Shown: positions 18,436-28,979, counted from the first letter of the stretch. The stretch: 64,000 nucleotides of DNA from an uncultured Chloroflexia bacterium (GCA_963768655.1 CAVYIM010000003.1:512001-576000), one strand, 5' to 3'. The notes: generated by a model from the sequence alone, not told the origin. Translations and numbers: made by a program.

Positions 18436-20000
18436 GCCAGGAACCGTCTATTGCCGCAGCCGCGGGCGGCGTCACGGGCACCGACGTCGCGAGTGCGTCT
18501 CCTCCCGTCGCACTCGCCGGCGTCTCGAAGAGGTTCGCCGCCACTCAGGCGCTCTCGGACGTCTCGCTGGAATTGATGCCCGGCGAGATCCATGGACTCG
18601 TCGGCGAGAACGGGGCCGGCAAGAGCACGATCGTCAAAGTGCTGGCCGGCGTCCATCAGCCCGATTCCGGCACCGTGCTGCTTGACGGCAAGCCGGTGTT
18701 GATTCACGGACCCGCGCATGCACGCTCGCTCGGCATCGCCACCGTCCACCAGGAGCCGCGTCTGTTCCCCGACCTGACGGTGGCGGAGAACGTCTTCATG
18801 GGCCACGCTCCGACCGGCCGGTTCGGTTCCGTGAACTGGCGAGAGATGCGGCGGTCGGCGGAGGGCTTCTTCGACAGCCTCAGTGTCCAACTGGATCCCA
18901 CGGCGGTCGTCCGCGGTCTATCGATGGCCGACCAGCAGCTCATCGAGATCGCCAAGGCACTCTCGATCGACGCAAGAGTGCTCATCCTCGACGAGCCGAC
19001 GGCATCGCTCTCCGCGCACGAGGTCGATCGGCTGTTTGCCATCGTCCGCCAGACCCGTGACCGCGGCGTGGCCGTCCTGTTTGTCAGCCACCGTCTCGAA
19101 GAGGTGTTCCAGCTGTGCGGCCGCGCGACCGTCGTCCGCGACGGGCGCCACGTGATCACGGCACCGACGTCCGAGCTGACGGCCGCCGACCTGGTGCGCC
19201 ACATGGTCGGCCGTGCCGTGTCGCTCTTCCCGAGGAGCGCCTCGAAGATCGGCGACGTCCTCCTCGACGTCCGGGGGCTGACTCGGATCGGCGCCTTCCG
19301 CGACGTCACGTTCTCCGTCCGGTCGGGTGAGATCGTGGGCCTTGCGGGCCTCGTCGGCGCCGGTCGCACCGAGATTGCCCGCGTCCTGTTCGGCATCGAT
19401 CGCGCCGACGCCGGCGAGGTGTTGCTCGCCGGCCGGCGGGTGCGCTTCGGTACCCCGTCGGAAGCGTTGCAGGCCGGCGTCGCGTACGTCCCGGAGGATC
19501 GGCACCTGGACGGTCTCGTGCCCGGCTTCTCGATCGCGGAGAACGTGTCCCTGCCGATCATTCCGCGACTCTTCCCGCACCTCTTCATCCGACCCAGTCG
19601 CGAGCGCAATCTCGCCGGCGGCTACATCGAGCGGCTGCGAATCCGCTCGACCGGTGCCGGCGAGCTCATCGAAGCGCTCTCCGGCGGGAATCAGCAGAAA
19701 GTGGTCATCGCGAAATGGTTGGCCTCGGAGCCGCGGGTGCTCATCCTCGATGAGCCCACTCGCGGCGTCGACATCGGCGCGAAGGTGGAGGTCCATCGGA
19801 TCATCTCGGACCTCGCGGCTGCGGGCCTCGGAATAGTCCTCATATCGAGCGAGCTTCCTGAAGTCCTCGCCATGAGCGACCGGATCATCGTGCTCCACGA
19901 GGGTCGAATTACCGCCGAGATCCCGCGGGCCGAGGCCTCCGAGGAACGGGTCATGTTCGCAGCGACAGGGCAGGCGGAGGAGACGCACAGTGGCGCTTAG
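18432..20000 (+). CDS. Sugar (rhamnose) ABC transporter ATP-binding protein
   Basis: GENGAGKST, two ILDEPT motifs, LSGGNQQKV. Confidence 0.95.
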   Translation: MSQEPSIAAAAGGVTGTDVASASPPVALAGVSKRFAATQALSDVSLELMPGEIHGLVGENGAGKSTIVKVLAGVHQPDSGTVLLDGKPVLIHGPAHARSLGIATVHQEPRLFPDLTVAENVFMGHAPTGRFGSVNWREMRRSAEGFFDSLSVQLDPTAVVRGLSMADQQLIEIAKALSIDARVLILDEPTASLSAHEVDRLFAIVRQTRDRGVAVLFVSHRLEEVFQLCGRATVVRDGRHVITAPTSELTAADLVRHMVGRAVSLFPRSASKIGDVLLDVRGLTRIGAFRDVTFSVRSGEIVGLAGLVGAGRTEIARVLFGIDRADAGEVLLAGRRVRFGTPSEALQAGVAYVPEDRHLDGLVPGFSIAENVSLPIIPRLFPHLFIRPSRERNLAGGYIERLRIRSTGAGELIEALSGGNQQKVVIAKWLASEPRVLILDEPTRGVDIGAKVEVHRIISDLAAAGLGIVLISSELPEVLAMSDRIIVLHEGRITAEIPRAEASEERVMFAATGQAEETHSGA

Positions 20001-21015
20001 CGCTCCGGCGAACGTCACAGCACCGAGCCGTCTCGGCACCTTGATCGGTCGGGCGGCGCGGTCCCGTGAGTTGACGCTCGCGGCCGTGGTGGTCGTGCTG
20101 TCGGCGCTCGTCGCGACTCGCGCCCCCAACTTCCTGTCGCCGGACAACCTGGAGCCTGTGACGACGCTGGCGGCGATCATCGTCATCGCGGCCGTCGGCG
20201 AGGCCCTCGTCATCATCACCAAGAACATCGACCTCTCCGTCGAGTCGACCATGGGTCTCGTCGCTTTCGTCGTCGCCGAGATGCTGAAAGGTCAGACCCT
20301 CCCCATTCCGGCGGCCTGGGCGCTCGGGATCGGGCTCGGCCTCGCGCTGGGCATGGCCAATGGCATCGTCATCACCGTCTTGCGTGTTCCGTCGATCGTG
20401 GCAACGCTTGGCACGCTGAGCATTTATCGCGGCTTGACCTTCTGGGTGGCAAATGGCCGGGAGATCACGACCTCGGACCTCCCGAACGGGTACACGGATC
20501 CGGCCAGCCAGACTTTCTTCGGCGTCCCGCTCTTCGTGATACTGGCCATTGCCGTAGTCATCGTGGTGGGCCTGATTCTTCGATACACCGTATTCGGCCG
20601 GCAGGTCTACGCCGTGGGCAGCAACGCCGAGGCCGCGGCAACCATCGGCATCCAGGCCCGATCGACCGTCTTTCTCGTGTTCGCCCTGGCCGGGATGCTC
20701 GCCGGCGTCGCGGGTGTCCTTTGGGGCATCGAATTCGGGCAGCTCTACGCGTCATCGGCGAGCGGCGAGTCGCTCGCGGTCATAGCCGCTGTCGTCGTCG
20801 GTGGCGTGTCGATCTCTGGCGGCTCGGGGACTGTCGTGGGGGCAGCTATCGGCGCCTTCTTTCTGGCCCTCATCCAGAACGCGCTCGTCGTGCTGAACCT
20901 TCCGCAGGAGTGGCTCCAGGTGATCTACGGGGCCGTGATCCTGCTGGCTGTGGCTACGGATGCGCTGGTCCAGATGCGCACTCAGCGGGCCAGGGCGCGG
21001 AGCCGAATGCGATGA
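19990..21015 (+). CDS. Sugar ABC transporter permease
   Basis: IDLSV, FGRQVYAVGSN, AVVVGGVSISGGSGTV; multiple TM helices. Confidence 0.93.
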   Translation: MALSAPANVTAPSRLGTLIGRAARSRELTLAAVVVVLSALVATRAPNFLSPDNLEPVTTLAAIIVIAAVGEALVIITKNIDLSVESTMGLVAFVVAEMLKGQTLPIPAAWALGIGLGLALGMANGIVITVLRVPSIVATLGTLSIYRGLTFWVANGREITTSDLPNGYTDPASQTFFGVPLFVILAIAVVIVVGLILRYTVFGRQVYAVGSNAEAAATIGIQARSTVFLVFALAGMLAGVAGVLWGIEFGQLYASSASGESLAVIAAVVVGGVSISGGSGTVVGAAIGAFFLALIQNALVVLNLPQEWLQVIYGAVILLAVATDALVQMRTQRARARSRMR

Positions 21016-22133
21016 CGCAAGATCCACGCTCCACCGGCGGGCCAGGTGCACCGCAACCCGCTGCCGAGATGCCGATCGCTGCCGCTGGTCCTTCGGCCAG
21101 CGTCATGAGCCGCATAGGGCGGTATCTGCTCGCGGCCGCCCGCATGGAAACGTTCCTCATCATCCTTCTGGCCCTCGTGGTCTTGTGGGGCGTGCACCTG
21201 TCGCCCTTCTTCCTTACCTGGTCCAACTTCGGCTTCTCTGTTCAGGCCGTCATTGAGATCTCGATCATGTCCCTGGCCATGACCCCGATCATCATCACCG
21301 GCGAAATCGACCTCTCGGTCGAGTCGATGGTCGGCCTCTCGAGCTGCGTTCTGGGGTGGCTGTGGGCCTCGGGTGTTCCCCTCGAGGTGTGTATTCCGAT
21401 CGTTCTGGCGGTTGGCGTCCTGGGCGGCCTCTTCAACGGCGTGTTCGTGGTCCGGTGGGGGCTGCCATCGCTCGTCGTGACCCTCGCGACGTACGCCCTG
21501 TTCCGCGGGCTCGGCCACGTCATCCTGGGCTCGACGGTCGTCACCAACTTCCCCGACTATTTCACCAACATCGGCTTCGGATACGTGCCGGGCACGAATG
21601 TCCCGTGGACGCTCTTCATATTCGTGTTTCTCGCCGTGGTCACCGTGGCAATCGTCCACGGAACCTGGATCGGACGTCAGGTGTTTGCGGCCGGCAAGAA
21701 CAAGGAAGCGGCCCGATATTCCGGCGTTCGCGTCGGGGCCCTCAAGATGGGGCTGTTCGCCGTATCGGGTCTGGTGGCCGCGCTTGCCGGAATCCTGCTC
21801 ACGTCGCGCACCTCGGCCGCTACGCCGGACGCCGGGCTCAATTTCACGCTGGCGGTCGTCACGATCGTGGTACTCGGTGGCGTGGACATCAATGGCGGCA
21901 AAGGCACCGTGCCTGGCGTCATCCTTGCCGTCCTGATCCTCGGGACGCTGAAGAGCGCGTTGACCGAAGCCGGTGTGTCGACGGACTACCAGAACGTAGC
22001 CATCGGGCTGCTTCTGATCGTTTCCGTGGTAACTCCCCAACTGGCTCGCCTGACGCGGGAACTGGTTGGTCGCAATCGTCTCGGACGAAGGCGGCCGGCT
22101 CACGACCCGGCGACGGGCGAGGTCGTTCGTTAG
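21012..22133 (+). CDS. Sugar ABC transporter permease
   Basis: ITGEIDLSV, VVLGGVDINGGKGTV; multiple TM helices. Confidence 0.93.
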   Translation: MTQDPRSTGGPGAPQPAAEMPIAAAGPSASVMSRIGRYLLAAARMETFLIILLALVVLWGVHLSPFFLTWSNFGFSVQAVIEISIMSLAMTPIIITGEIDLSVESMVGLSSCVLGWLWASGVPLEVCIPIVLAVGVLGGLFNGVFVVRWGLPSLVVTLATYALFRGLGHVILGSTVVTNFPDYFTNIGFGYVPGTNVPWTLFIFVFLAVVTVAIVHGTWIGRQVFAAGKNKEAARYSGVRVGALKMGLFAVSGLVAALAGILLTSRTSAATPDAGLNFTLAVVTIVVLGGVDINGGKGTVPGVILAVLILGTLKSALTEAGVSTDYQNVAIGLLLIVSVVTPQLARLTRELVGRNRLGRRRPAHDPATGEVVR

Positions 22134-22215
22134 TGCAGGAAGAGAGGAGTGGTTGATCCAACAGGCCCAACTGAGTCGTCCAATGTTCCGTAGCGTTGTA
22201 AGGAGGAGCAGTTCT

Positions 22216-23376
22216 ATGTCCCATCGTTTGCCGCGAGCGGCCGCAGGTGTGGCCCTCGTATTCATACTCGCGGGCTGCAGTTCGTCTGCAACCCCGAGCC
22301 CGACGGTCCCCCCGACCGCTCCGCCCGTCGTCACGCCCGCCCCGGTAGTCACCCCTGCCCCGGTGGTCACGCCGACCGCGGCCCCCGCGACTCCGACGGC
22401 CGCCCCGACCGGGACGCCGTGTCCGACGGGTGGCATCACCGGTAGCATCGTCATGCTCCCGAAGCAGATCAACAATCCGTACTTCGACGTCGCCTACAAG
22501 GGCGCCCAGAACGCGGCCTGCGATCTCGGCGGCACCCTGACCGAGGTCGGCCCGAGCAGCGCAGACGCGACGCTGCAGATCCCGTTCATTCAGACCGCAA
22601 CCACCCAGGGCGCGAAGGCGATCCTCGTCTCCGCGGACGACGCTAACGTGATCGCCCCGGCCCTGAAGGCGGCGATGGCCGCCGGCATCAAGGTCGTCGG
22701 CTATGACTCGAGCCCTGCCGTTGGTGCCTACACCGTGTTCGTGAACCAGGCTGACACGGCCGGCATCGGCAAGGGCCTCGCCGACATGGCTTGCGACGAA
22801 GCTCCGAGCTGCACCGGCGAGATCGCCGTTCTCTCGGCTGCCCAGACCGCGACGAACCAGAACGCCTGGATCGCCGCCATGAAGACAACGCTGACGGGCT
22901 CGAAGTACGCCGGCCTCAAGCTTGACGGCGTCTACTACGGCAACGACGACCCGACGATCAGCACGCAGCAGACCACGGCCATGCTCGCTGCTCACCCGAA
23001 CCTCAAGGTGATCATCGCCCCGACGACCGTTGGTATCGTCGCCGCGGCGCAGGTCATCACGCAGCAGAATCTCATCGGCAAGGTCTTTGTGACCGGCCTC
23101 GGCACTCCGATGGGTATGCAGACCTTCGTCAAGTCGGGCGCGGCTCCGGAGTTCGCTCTCTGGAACGTTACTGACCTTGGCTACCTGGCCTACGCGGTGG
23201 CCGCGGACCTCATCAAGGGCACCATCACGGGCAAGGTGGGCGACACGTTCACCGTGCCGTCCCTCAACGGCGGCGCGCCGTACACGATCGGCGCCAACAG
23301 CGTCGTCGTTCTCGGTCCTCCGTTCGTCTTTAACGCCCAGAACATCGACCAATACGTCGCATCCTTCGGCTTCTAG
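22216..23376 (+). CDS. rhaS: Rhamnose ABC transporter substrate-binding lipoprotein
   Basis: LAGC lipobox, Pro/Thr linker, LPKQINNPYF, TATNQNAWI, IIAPTTVGI; AGGAGG RBS. Confidence 0.9.
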   Translation: MSHRLPRAAAGVALVFILAGCSSSATPSPTVPPTAPPVVTPAPVVTPAPVVTPTAAPATPTAAPTGTPCPTGGITGSIVMLPKQINNPYFDVAYKGAQNAACDLGGTLTEVGPSSADATLQIPFIQTATTQGAKAILVSADDANVIAPALKAAMAAGIKVVGYDSSPAVGAYTVFVNQADTAGIGKGLADMACDEAPSCTGEIAVLSAAQTATNQNAWIAAMKTTLTGSKYAGLKLDGVYYGNDDPTISTQQTTAMLAAHPNLKVIIAPTTVGIVAAAQVITQQNLIGKVFVTGLGTPMGMQTFVKSGAAPEFALWNVTDLGYLAYAVAADLIKGTITGKVGDTFTVPSLNGGAPYTIGANSVVVLGPPFVFNAQNIDQYVASFGF

Positions 23377-23397
23377 CAACAGCTTCCAGCCACACAT

Positions 23398-23434
23398 GCA
23401 CCGACCCCGGCCCACACGGCGCCGGGGTCGGTGC
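23398..23434 (+). terminator. 14-bp stem-loop after the binding-protein gene (attenuator or mRNA stabiliser)
   Basis: GCACCGACCCCGGC / GCCGGGGTCGGTGC perfect inverted repeat. Confidence 0.7.
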
Positions 23435-23458
23435 TATTGAGAGAACGAGAGCGCGCGA

Positions 23459-23773
23459 ATGGAACGTGTCGCGTTTGCGATGAAGCTCCTCCCGGGAGCC
23501 GAGGCCGAGTACCGGCGGCGCCACGCCGCGGTCTGGCCCGAGATGCTCGAAGCACTCAAGGCGGCGGGAGCACGTAACTACTCCATCTATCTTCATGACG
23601 ACGATCTGTTCGGCGTCCTGGAAGTCGACGATTTCGACCGCTTCCGAAAGATGATGGACGAAGCGCCTGTCAACGCCCCCTGGCAGGCGGACATGGCGGC
23701 CCTCATCGAACCTTGCATCGATCCGGCGACCGGCTTCCACCGCCGCCTCGACGAGGTATTCCATCTCGACTGA
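23459..23773 (+). CDS. rhaM: L-rhamnose mutarotase
   Basis: EYRRRHAAVWPEML.ALK.AG.RNYSIY...WQADM...EVFHLD. Confidence 0.93.
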   Translation: MERVAFAMKLLPGAEAEYRRRHAAVWPEMLEALKAAGARNYSIYLHDDDLFGVLEVDDFDRFRKMMDEAPVNAPWQADMAALIEPCIDPATGFHRRLDEVFHLD

Positions 23774-23895
23774 ACCCGGCTGCGGCCGTGGGCAGTCCCG
23801 AACCGTGGGACTTCGGGTTCGCGCAGGCTACGATCCGCAGAGTGGTGCTCCGATCCACAGGCTACGCCCGCCAACAAGGAGGTCATCGGAGAAAC

Positions 23896-24759
23896 ATGGC
23901 GCTGAAGGAACCACTCCCGGACCTCGAGGAGATCCTCGCCTCCATCGGGGCGGGCGGCGGCCGTATCGCCGCCATCGACGCCAGCGAGGGCGCCGCCGGC
24001 AATATCTCGGTCTACGTCGGTTGGCCAATGGAGGTCCGCCGCAGGTTCCCGATCGTCGAAGAGATCGAACTGCCGCAGCCTGCGCCGCACCTCGCGAACA
24101 ACCTGGTCATCGTCACCGGCTCAGGCAGGCGCCTGCGCGAGATCCAGGTCGACCCGGTCGCCAACCTGGGAGTCGTGCGAGTCTCGCCCGACGGCACTGC
24201 GGGCGTGCTCCACACCGCGCCGGGCCGGCTGTTCGAGCGGGTCACCTCCGAGTGGAACTCCCACCTCGGGGTGCATGACGACGTGGTGGCGCGAACCGAC
24301 ACCAACTTCCACGCCATCGTCCACGCCCAGCCGCCGCGTCTCACATTCCTCAGCCACGTCCCCGAGTATCGCGACGAGGGCTATCTGAACCGGCGACTGC
24401 TGCGCTGGGAGCCGGAGACGATCATCAACCTGCCGGCCGGGATCGGCGTGCTGCCGTTCATGCTCCCCGGCTCCGCTCCACTTATGGAGGCGAACGTCGA
24501 GAGCCTGCGCACGCACCGCATAGTCATCTGGGCGAAGCACGGCGTCATGGCGCGCTCCAGCATTTCCGTGAAACGGGCAGTCGATCGGATCGAGTATGCC
24601 GAGACGACGGCCAGCTACGAGTACATGGACCTGATGACAGGCGGTCGGGCAGAAGGCCTGACGCTCGACGAGCTACGGGCCGTCGTGGCCGCCTTCGACG
24701 TCGAGACGACGCAGGCATGGCTCGTCGCGCCAGCTGGGGCGCCCCCGAAGTCCAGGTAG
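23896..24759 (+). CDS. rhaD: Class II aldolase, probable rhamnulose-1-phosphate aldolase
   Basis: EGAAGNIS, TSEWNSHL, IVHAQP, WAKHGV; pathway context. Confidence 0.8.
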   Translation: MALKEPLPDLEEILASIGAGGGRIAAIDASEGAAGNISVYVGWPMEVRRRFPIVEEIELPQPAPHLANNLVIVTGSGRRLREIQVDPVANLGVVRVSPDGTAGVLHTAPGRLFERVTSEWNSHLGVHDDVVARTDTNFHAIVHAQPPRLTFLSHVPEYRDEGYLNRRLLRWEPETIINLPAGIGVLPFMLPGSAPLMEANVESLRTHRIVIWAKHGVMARSSISVKRAVDRIEYAETTASYEYMDLMTGGRAEGLTLDELRAVVAAFDVETTQAWLVAPAGAPPKSR

Positions 24760-24840
24760 CCAGGCACGCGCGGCCGCCGCTTGGCCGCTCTCGCCAGCCG
24801 GGCCGGCGGTGCCGGCATCTGCGCCGGCGATGTCCGCCGC

Positions 24841-26754
24841 CTACTGGCTCAGGTCGGCCACGGCGGCGAGCAGCTGCGCGTCCCCGGAGGACTGGAGACT
24901 CACGGCCGTCATCCCGCCCAGGTTGATCGGGTCGATCGGAGCGGCGCCGCTCGGCAGGGCAACCGTCTGGTCGGGCGTGATGCCCTTGCCGAAGATCAGA
25001 TGGCCATCGGGCGTGAGCCAATCCTCGATGCCGAGCAGGATCACCGACCCGTCGGACAACGTGAATGGCTCGAGAACGGTGCCCGTGCCGACGGTGGTCA
25101 GCCCGACGATGCTGGCGCGGCCGGAGTCCTGCAGCGCTCCGGCGACGATCTCCGCCGCGCTGGCGGTGTCGTGATCGACGAGCACCACCATTGGCCACCC
25201 GTCGGTTTCAGCCTCGGTGCTGGCAAATGAGGTGTCCACAGTGATCGGCGTCTGCTTCCCGGACGCGTCCTGTTCGAGGTAGACATTGCCCTTCGAGAGG
25301 AACTCGCTGGCGACGCTGCGGGCCTGCTCGGCGAGGCCGCCCGGGTCCCCTCGCAGATCGAGCACGATCGCCGTGGCGCCTGCTGCTTTGGCCCCGTCGA
25401 TGGCCTGCTTCACCTGGTCGGACGCGCCGTCGTCGAACTCGTACAGGGCGATGTCGGCGATGTGTGTGCCCGGCACGATGCCCCAGTCGACGATCGGTGC
25501 GGTCACCGTGGCGCGCGTCATCGTGATGTCCACGCTGGTCGTGGCGCCCGGATGAATCACCGAGATCGTCACCTTCGTTCCCGGGTCGCCCCGGATCGCG
25601 GCGGCCAGCTGGTCGAAGGTCATGCCCGAGGTGGACGTGCCGTTCACGGCCGTGATCTGGTCTCCGGCCAGGACGCCGGCTCCCGCTGCCGGCGAGCCCG
25701 CGATCACGCGCTCGACCAGCAGCTCGCCGTTCGACTGCGTGACCAGGACGCCGATCCCGGCAACCGTGCCGCTGAGCTCGCTCATCTCCTGCTTGTACTC
25801 CTCGGGCGTGAGGAACCGGCTGTGGCCGGTGTCGCCCAGGGCGTCGACCATGCCGCTGATGGAGCCGTACAGGAGCTGCTGGTCGGTGATCGAAGAACTG
25901 CCGACGTAGTTCTGGCGGATGTCCTGCACCGCCTGGTCGTAGATGGTGAAGTCCTTGAGTGGCTCGTTCTGCGCCGTCTGTTGCGCGGACACGGTGAGAT
26001 GGTCGACGACCATGCCGCCGGCGAAGGCGATCATGACCGCGGCCACCGCCGAGAGGATCAGCGGCAGACGGCTGGGCCGGCGGTGCGTCTGTGAGTCGGG
26101 GCTCACGAGCCGGCCCGCGCCATCGAAGACCAGGTCCGCCGGAGGGGTTGGCGGCCAGGTGGGCGAGGCCGAAGTCGAACGGGGCGAAGGCGGGGTCTGG
26201 GGCGCGGTCGGCCAGCTTTGCTGGGCGGGCGGCCAGGCCTGCGGGGAAGGCGGCCAGCCTTGCGGGGAAGGCGGCCAGCCTTGCGGGGCTTGCGGTTGCT
26301 GGGCGGGCGGCCAGGCCTGCGGCGAAGGCGGCCAGGCCTGCTGGGCGGGCGGCCAGGCCTGCGGCGAAGGCGGCCAGCCTTGTGGGGCGGGCGGCCAGCC
26401 CTGCGGGGCCTGCGGTTGCTGGGCGGGCGGCAACCCCTGGGCCGCGGGCGGCCAGGCGCCGGGAGCGGGCGGCAAGCCCTGGGCCGCGGGCGGCAAGCCT
26501 TGGGCCGCGGGCGGCAAGCCTTGGGCCGCGGGCGGCCAGCCTTGGGCCGCGGGCGGCCAGCCGGGCTGTGTCGGTGGCCCGCCCGCGGGGGCGGTCGGTC
26601 CGGCGGCCTGCGGCGCCGTCGGTCCCTCGGAAGGTCCCGAAGCCGGCCCCGCGGCCGGTTCGGCGGGGCTCGTGCCCTGCGTCTGGTCAGAGCCAGTTGC
26701 GTCTTCGGGGGGCGTCCCCGACTGCTCCGATTGCCGCTCGTCGTCGATCGTCAT
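24841..26754 (-). CDS. S41 carboxyl-terminal processing protease with PDZ domain and a repetitive N-terminus
   Basis: TM helix, GIGV..PDZ, LDLRGDPGG, TASAAEI, WLTPDG, GITPD. Confidence 0.9.
   Translation of the reverse strand: MTIDDERQSEQSGTPPEDATGSDQTQGTSPAEPAAGPASGPSEGPTAPQAAGPTAPAGGPPTQPGWPPAAQGWPPAAQGLPPAAQGLPPAAQGLPPAPGAWPPAAQGLPPAQQPQAPQGWPPAPQGWPPSPQAWPPAQQAWPPSPQAWPPAQQPQAPQGWPPSPQGWPPSPQAWPPAQQSWPTAPQTPPSPRSTSASPTWPPTPPADLVFDGAGRLVSPDSQTHRRPSRLPLILSAVAAVMIAFAGGMVVDHLTVSAQQTAQNEPLKDFTIYDQAVQDIRQNYVGSSSITDQQLLYGSISGMVDALGDTGHSRFLTPEEYKQEMSELSGTVAGIGVLVTQSNGELLVERVIAGSPAAGAGVLAGDQITAVNGTSTSGMTFDQLAAAIRGDPGTKVTISVIHPGATTSVDITMTRATVTAPIVDWGIVPGTHIADIALYEFDDGASDQVKQAIDGAKAAGATAIVLDLRGDPGGLAEQARSVASEFLSKGNVYLEQDASGKQTPITVDTSFASTEAETDGWPMVVLVDHDTASAAEIVAGALQDSGRASIVGLTTVGTGTVLEPFTLSDGSVILLGIEDWLTPDGHLIFGKGITPDQTVALPSGAAPIDPINLGGMTAVSLQSSGDAQLLAAVADLSQ
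26195..26565 (-). repeat. Coding 21-nt tandem repeats ([GAS][WL]PP[AS][APQ]Q, about 16 heptads)
   Basis: Read directly from the translation. Confidence 0.9.
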
Positions 26755-26856
26755 GCCCGCTTCTCCATCGTCGCTGATCGCCACATGATGGCGCACCTTG
26801 CGGATCGAGACCGAGCGTGAGGGCGCCGGACCGCAAGCCGGAGCGCCCGGAGTACG

Positions 26857-27717
26857 ATGCGTGCCGTGGCGAGATTGCGGTTGCCGGGTGCCGAGCCAGT
26901 CGCGAGGGGCTCCACCAGCCCAGGCGGGGGATGGCGCGACCACCCGGATACGGTCGAGCCAACCGTGCTGGTTCTGGGCGGATTCCTCACTGCCCCGCCG
27001 ATGTACCGCCGATTCGTCGAAAGGCTCCGCGCGCGAGGTGCGGCCGGCGTGGTGGTGGCCGGCGTCTGGACGCCCGACTGGCTGATCGCCTCCGCTCGCG
27101 GCCCCGGCGCGATCGCCACCCGCTCCGGGCGGGCGCTGCTCGAGGCGGGCCGTCTGGCGGCCGAGGTCTCAGACGGGGCGCCGGTGCTGGTCGTGGGCCA
27201 CTCGGCGGGGGGTCTGCTCGCGCGGATCCTGACCGCGGCCGAGCCGCTGCCGGGGAAACGATTCGGGGCGGCGTGGCGGATGGCGGCGATCGTCACGCTC
27301 GGCACTCCGCATGTCCCGTCGACGGGGGAGGGGATCGGCGGGCGGTTGAACACCGTCGTTACGGAGGTCGCGGAAGAGGCCGCGCCTGGAGCCTGCCACT
27401 CCCCGGAGATCGGGTACGTGTCGGTGGCCTCGCGGGCGATCCGCAGCGACCCCTCGGGCACGGGCCGTGAGCGAGTCGCGCACCTGCTCTACCGCTCCGT
27501 CATGGGCCGCGCGGCGGTGCCCGGAACCGAAGGCGACGGCCTGGTCCCGGTGGCCTCGGCAATGCTCGAAGGGTCGGCGCAGATCGTCGTGGACGGCGCC
27601 GTCCACGGCCCGAGCGCCGGGGCGCCCTGGTACGGCACGGACGGCCCCATGGAAGTTTGGTGGCCTGCGGCCCTCTCGGCCTGGCACGAAGCCTTGCGGT
27701 ATCGCGCCGCGCACTGA
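26857..27717 (+). CDS. Alpha/beta hydrolase (lipase/PGAP1-like)
   Basis: VGHSAGG, VTLGTPH, GDGLVP, H near the C-terminus. Start uncertain. Confidence 0.85.
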   Translation: MRAVARLRLPGAEPVARGSTSPGGGWRDHPDTVEPTVLVLGGFLTAPPMYRRFVERLRARGAAGVVVAGVWTPDWLIASARGPGAIATRSGRALLEAGRLAAEVSDGAPVLVVGHSAGGLLARILTAAEPLPGKRFGAAWRMAAIVTLGTPHVPSTGEGIGGRLNTVVTEVAEEAAPGACHSPEIGYVSVASRAIRSDPSGTGRERVAHLLYRSVMGRAAVPGTEGDGLVPVASAMLEGSAQIVVDGAVHGPSAGAPWYGTDGPMEVWWPAALSAWHEALRYRAAH

Positions 27718-27800
27718 TCGCCGATGCCGGCGGCCACGGAGCCGAGAACCTGGCGGCCGGCGGGGCCCGGCGCGGCGAGGCACCAGCCACGGGATTTCGT

Positions 27801-27829
27801 TTGACGCAACCGAGGCCCACCGCTACAGT
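27801..27829 (+). promoter_or_regulatory. Sigma70 promoter of tRNA-fMet
   Basis: TTGACG-17 bp-TACAGT, 6 bp upstream of the tRNA. Confidence 0.7.
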
Positions 27830-27835
27830 TCCCGG

Positions 27836-27910
27836 CGCGGGGTGGAGCAGCGGCAGCTCGTCGGGCTCATAACCCGAAGGTCGGCGGTTCGAATCCGTCC
27901 CCCGCAACCA
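27836..27910 (+). tRNA. tRNA-fMet (CAT), initiator
   Basis: Cloverleaf, GGG-CTCATAA-CCC anticodon arm, C1:A72 mismatch, GGTTCGAATCC, encoded CCA. Confidence 0.97.
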
Positions 27911-27922
27911 AGCTCTGAACGT

Positions 27923-27948
27923 GAAACCCGGTCATCGGACCGGGTTTC
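27923..27948 (+). terminator. Terminator-like hairpin after the tRNA
   Basis: GAAACCCGGTC-ATCG-GACCGGGTTTC. Confidence 0.75.
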
Positions 27949-28312
27949 GTCGTCTCTGGCGAGGGCCCTGACCACATCCAGAGAACATTTCGCATGCCGC
28001 CGGGGCCGCTCCGGGTGGATCAAGGGCCCGATTTGGGCGTTTCTGGTCCTGGCGAGGGTCGCCCGGATCACCAGCGGGCATGGTCAGGGCAGTGAACGTT
28101 CCCTGCTGACCAGCAACGACCCCTGCGATGCCCACCAATTGCTGGCTTTGGTAGGACAGGATGGTTGGTAGGCTGCGGCCGAGCGGCTACCCGCGCTATC
28201 GCGGCGTCGTGACGAGCCAAGCCGCGGGTGACTCACCGGCCGTCGCGTAAACCCTCGCTGTCGTTTCTCCGAGGCTTCCGTCGATGAGCGCGAGGGGGTA
28301 TTCCGAAGACAC

Positions 28313-28774
28313 TTGGCAGGCGCTGAAGCGGGCCGTGAGAAGCACCGCCGTGACGGCTTGCAGAAGTGGGCCGCCACTGGGAGGCTGGACGACAACCTTG
28401 CCGTCCTCGCTGGCCTGGGGACGATCGACTCCGAGGCTGCCGCTCAACGACTGATCAAGGCAGCCAGGTCGCCCACCAGCGACGTCCGTGCCGAGGCAGC
28501 TCATGGCCTCGCCCGGCAGAGTTCGCCGACAGCGGCTGCGGCTCTCGCCGAGCTGAAAGTCGATAAGGACTACTTCGTCCGGTACGCCGCATTCTTCGCT
28601 GTCGCCTTGCTTCAACCGCCGGTGGAAGGGGAACCTGCGCAAATGCGTCCGATAAGACTTGCTCACGAGTCGGCGGTCGCGGCTGGGGTGGAGCGAGAGC
28701 GGGCCTGGAAGTGGCGGGGCCGAGTTAGCCAACCTGACCATCACCCTCTCGTGTTTGCCGACGATCTGGCTTGA
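28313..28774 (+). pseudogene. HEAT-repeat protein, probably a degraded 5'-truncated gene
   Basis: SDVRAEAAHGL and DYFVRYAA HEAT-like repeats; in-frame stops upstream (28169, 28229). Confidence 0.45.
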
Positions 28775-28979
28775 CCGACGCCAGATGGCCAAGGCGGTAT
28801 GAGGCATTTGCGGCGTCCGAGGCAGGTCGGCGTCCGATAAGATCAACAGTGGACAAGCCAAGAAAGCACGAGCTCAAGCTATGGGGTCGAATGTTGGGTC
28901 GCCGGTCCCATTGCCCTGTCGTGGTCGTCCGTTAGGTCGGCAACGCAGCTCTTGATCGACGTGCCTAGGAGGGATCGAA

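Noticed and set aside
14659-24759. Novel sugar pathway
   Set aside because: All genes fit the known phosphorylative L-rhamnose pathway with an ABC importer.
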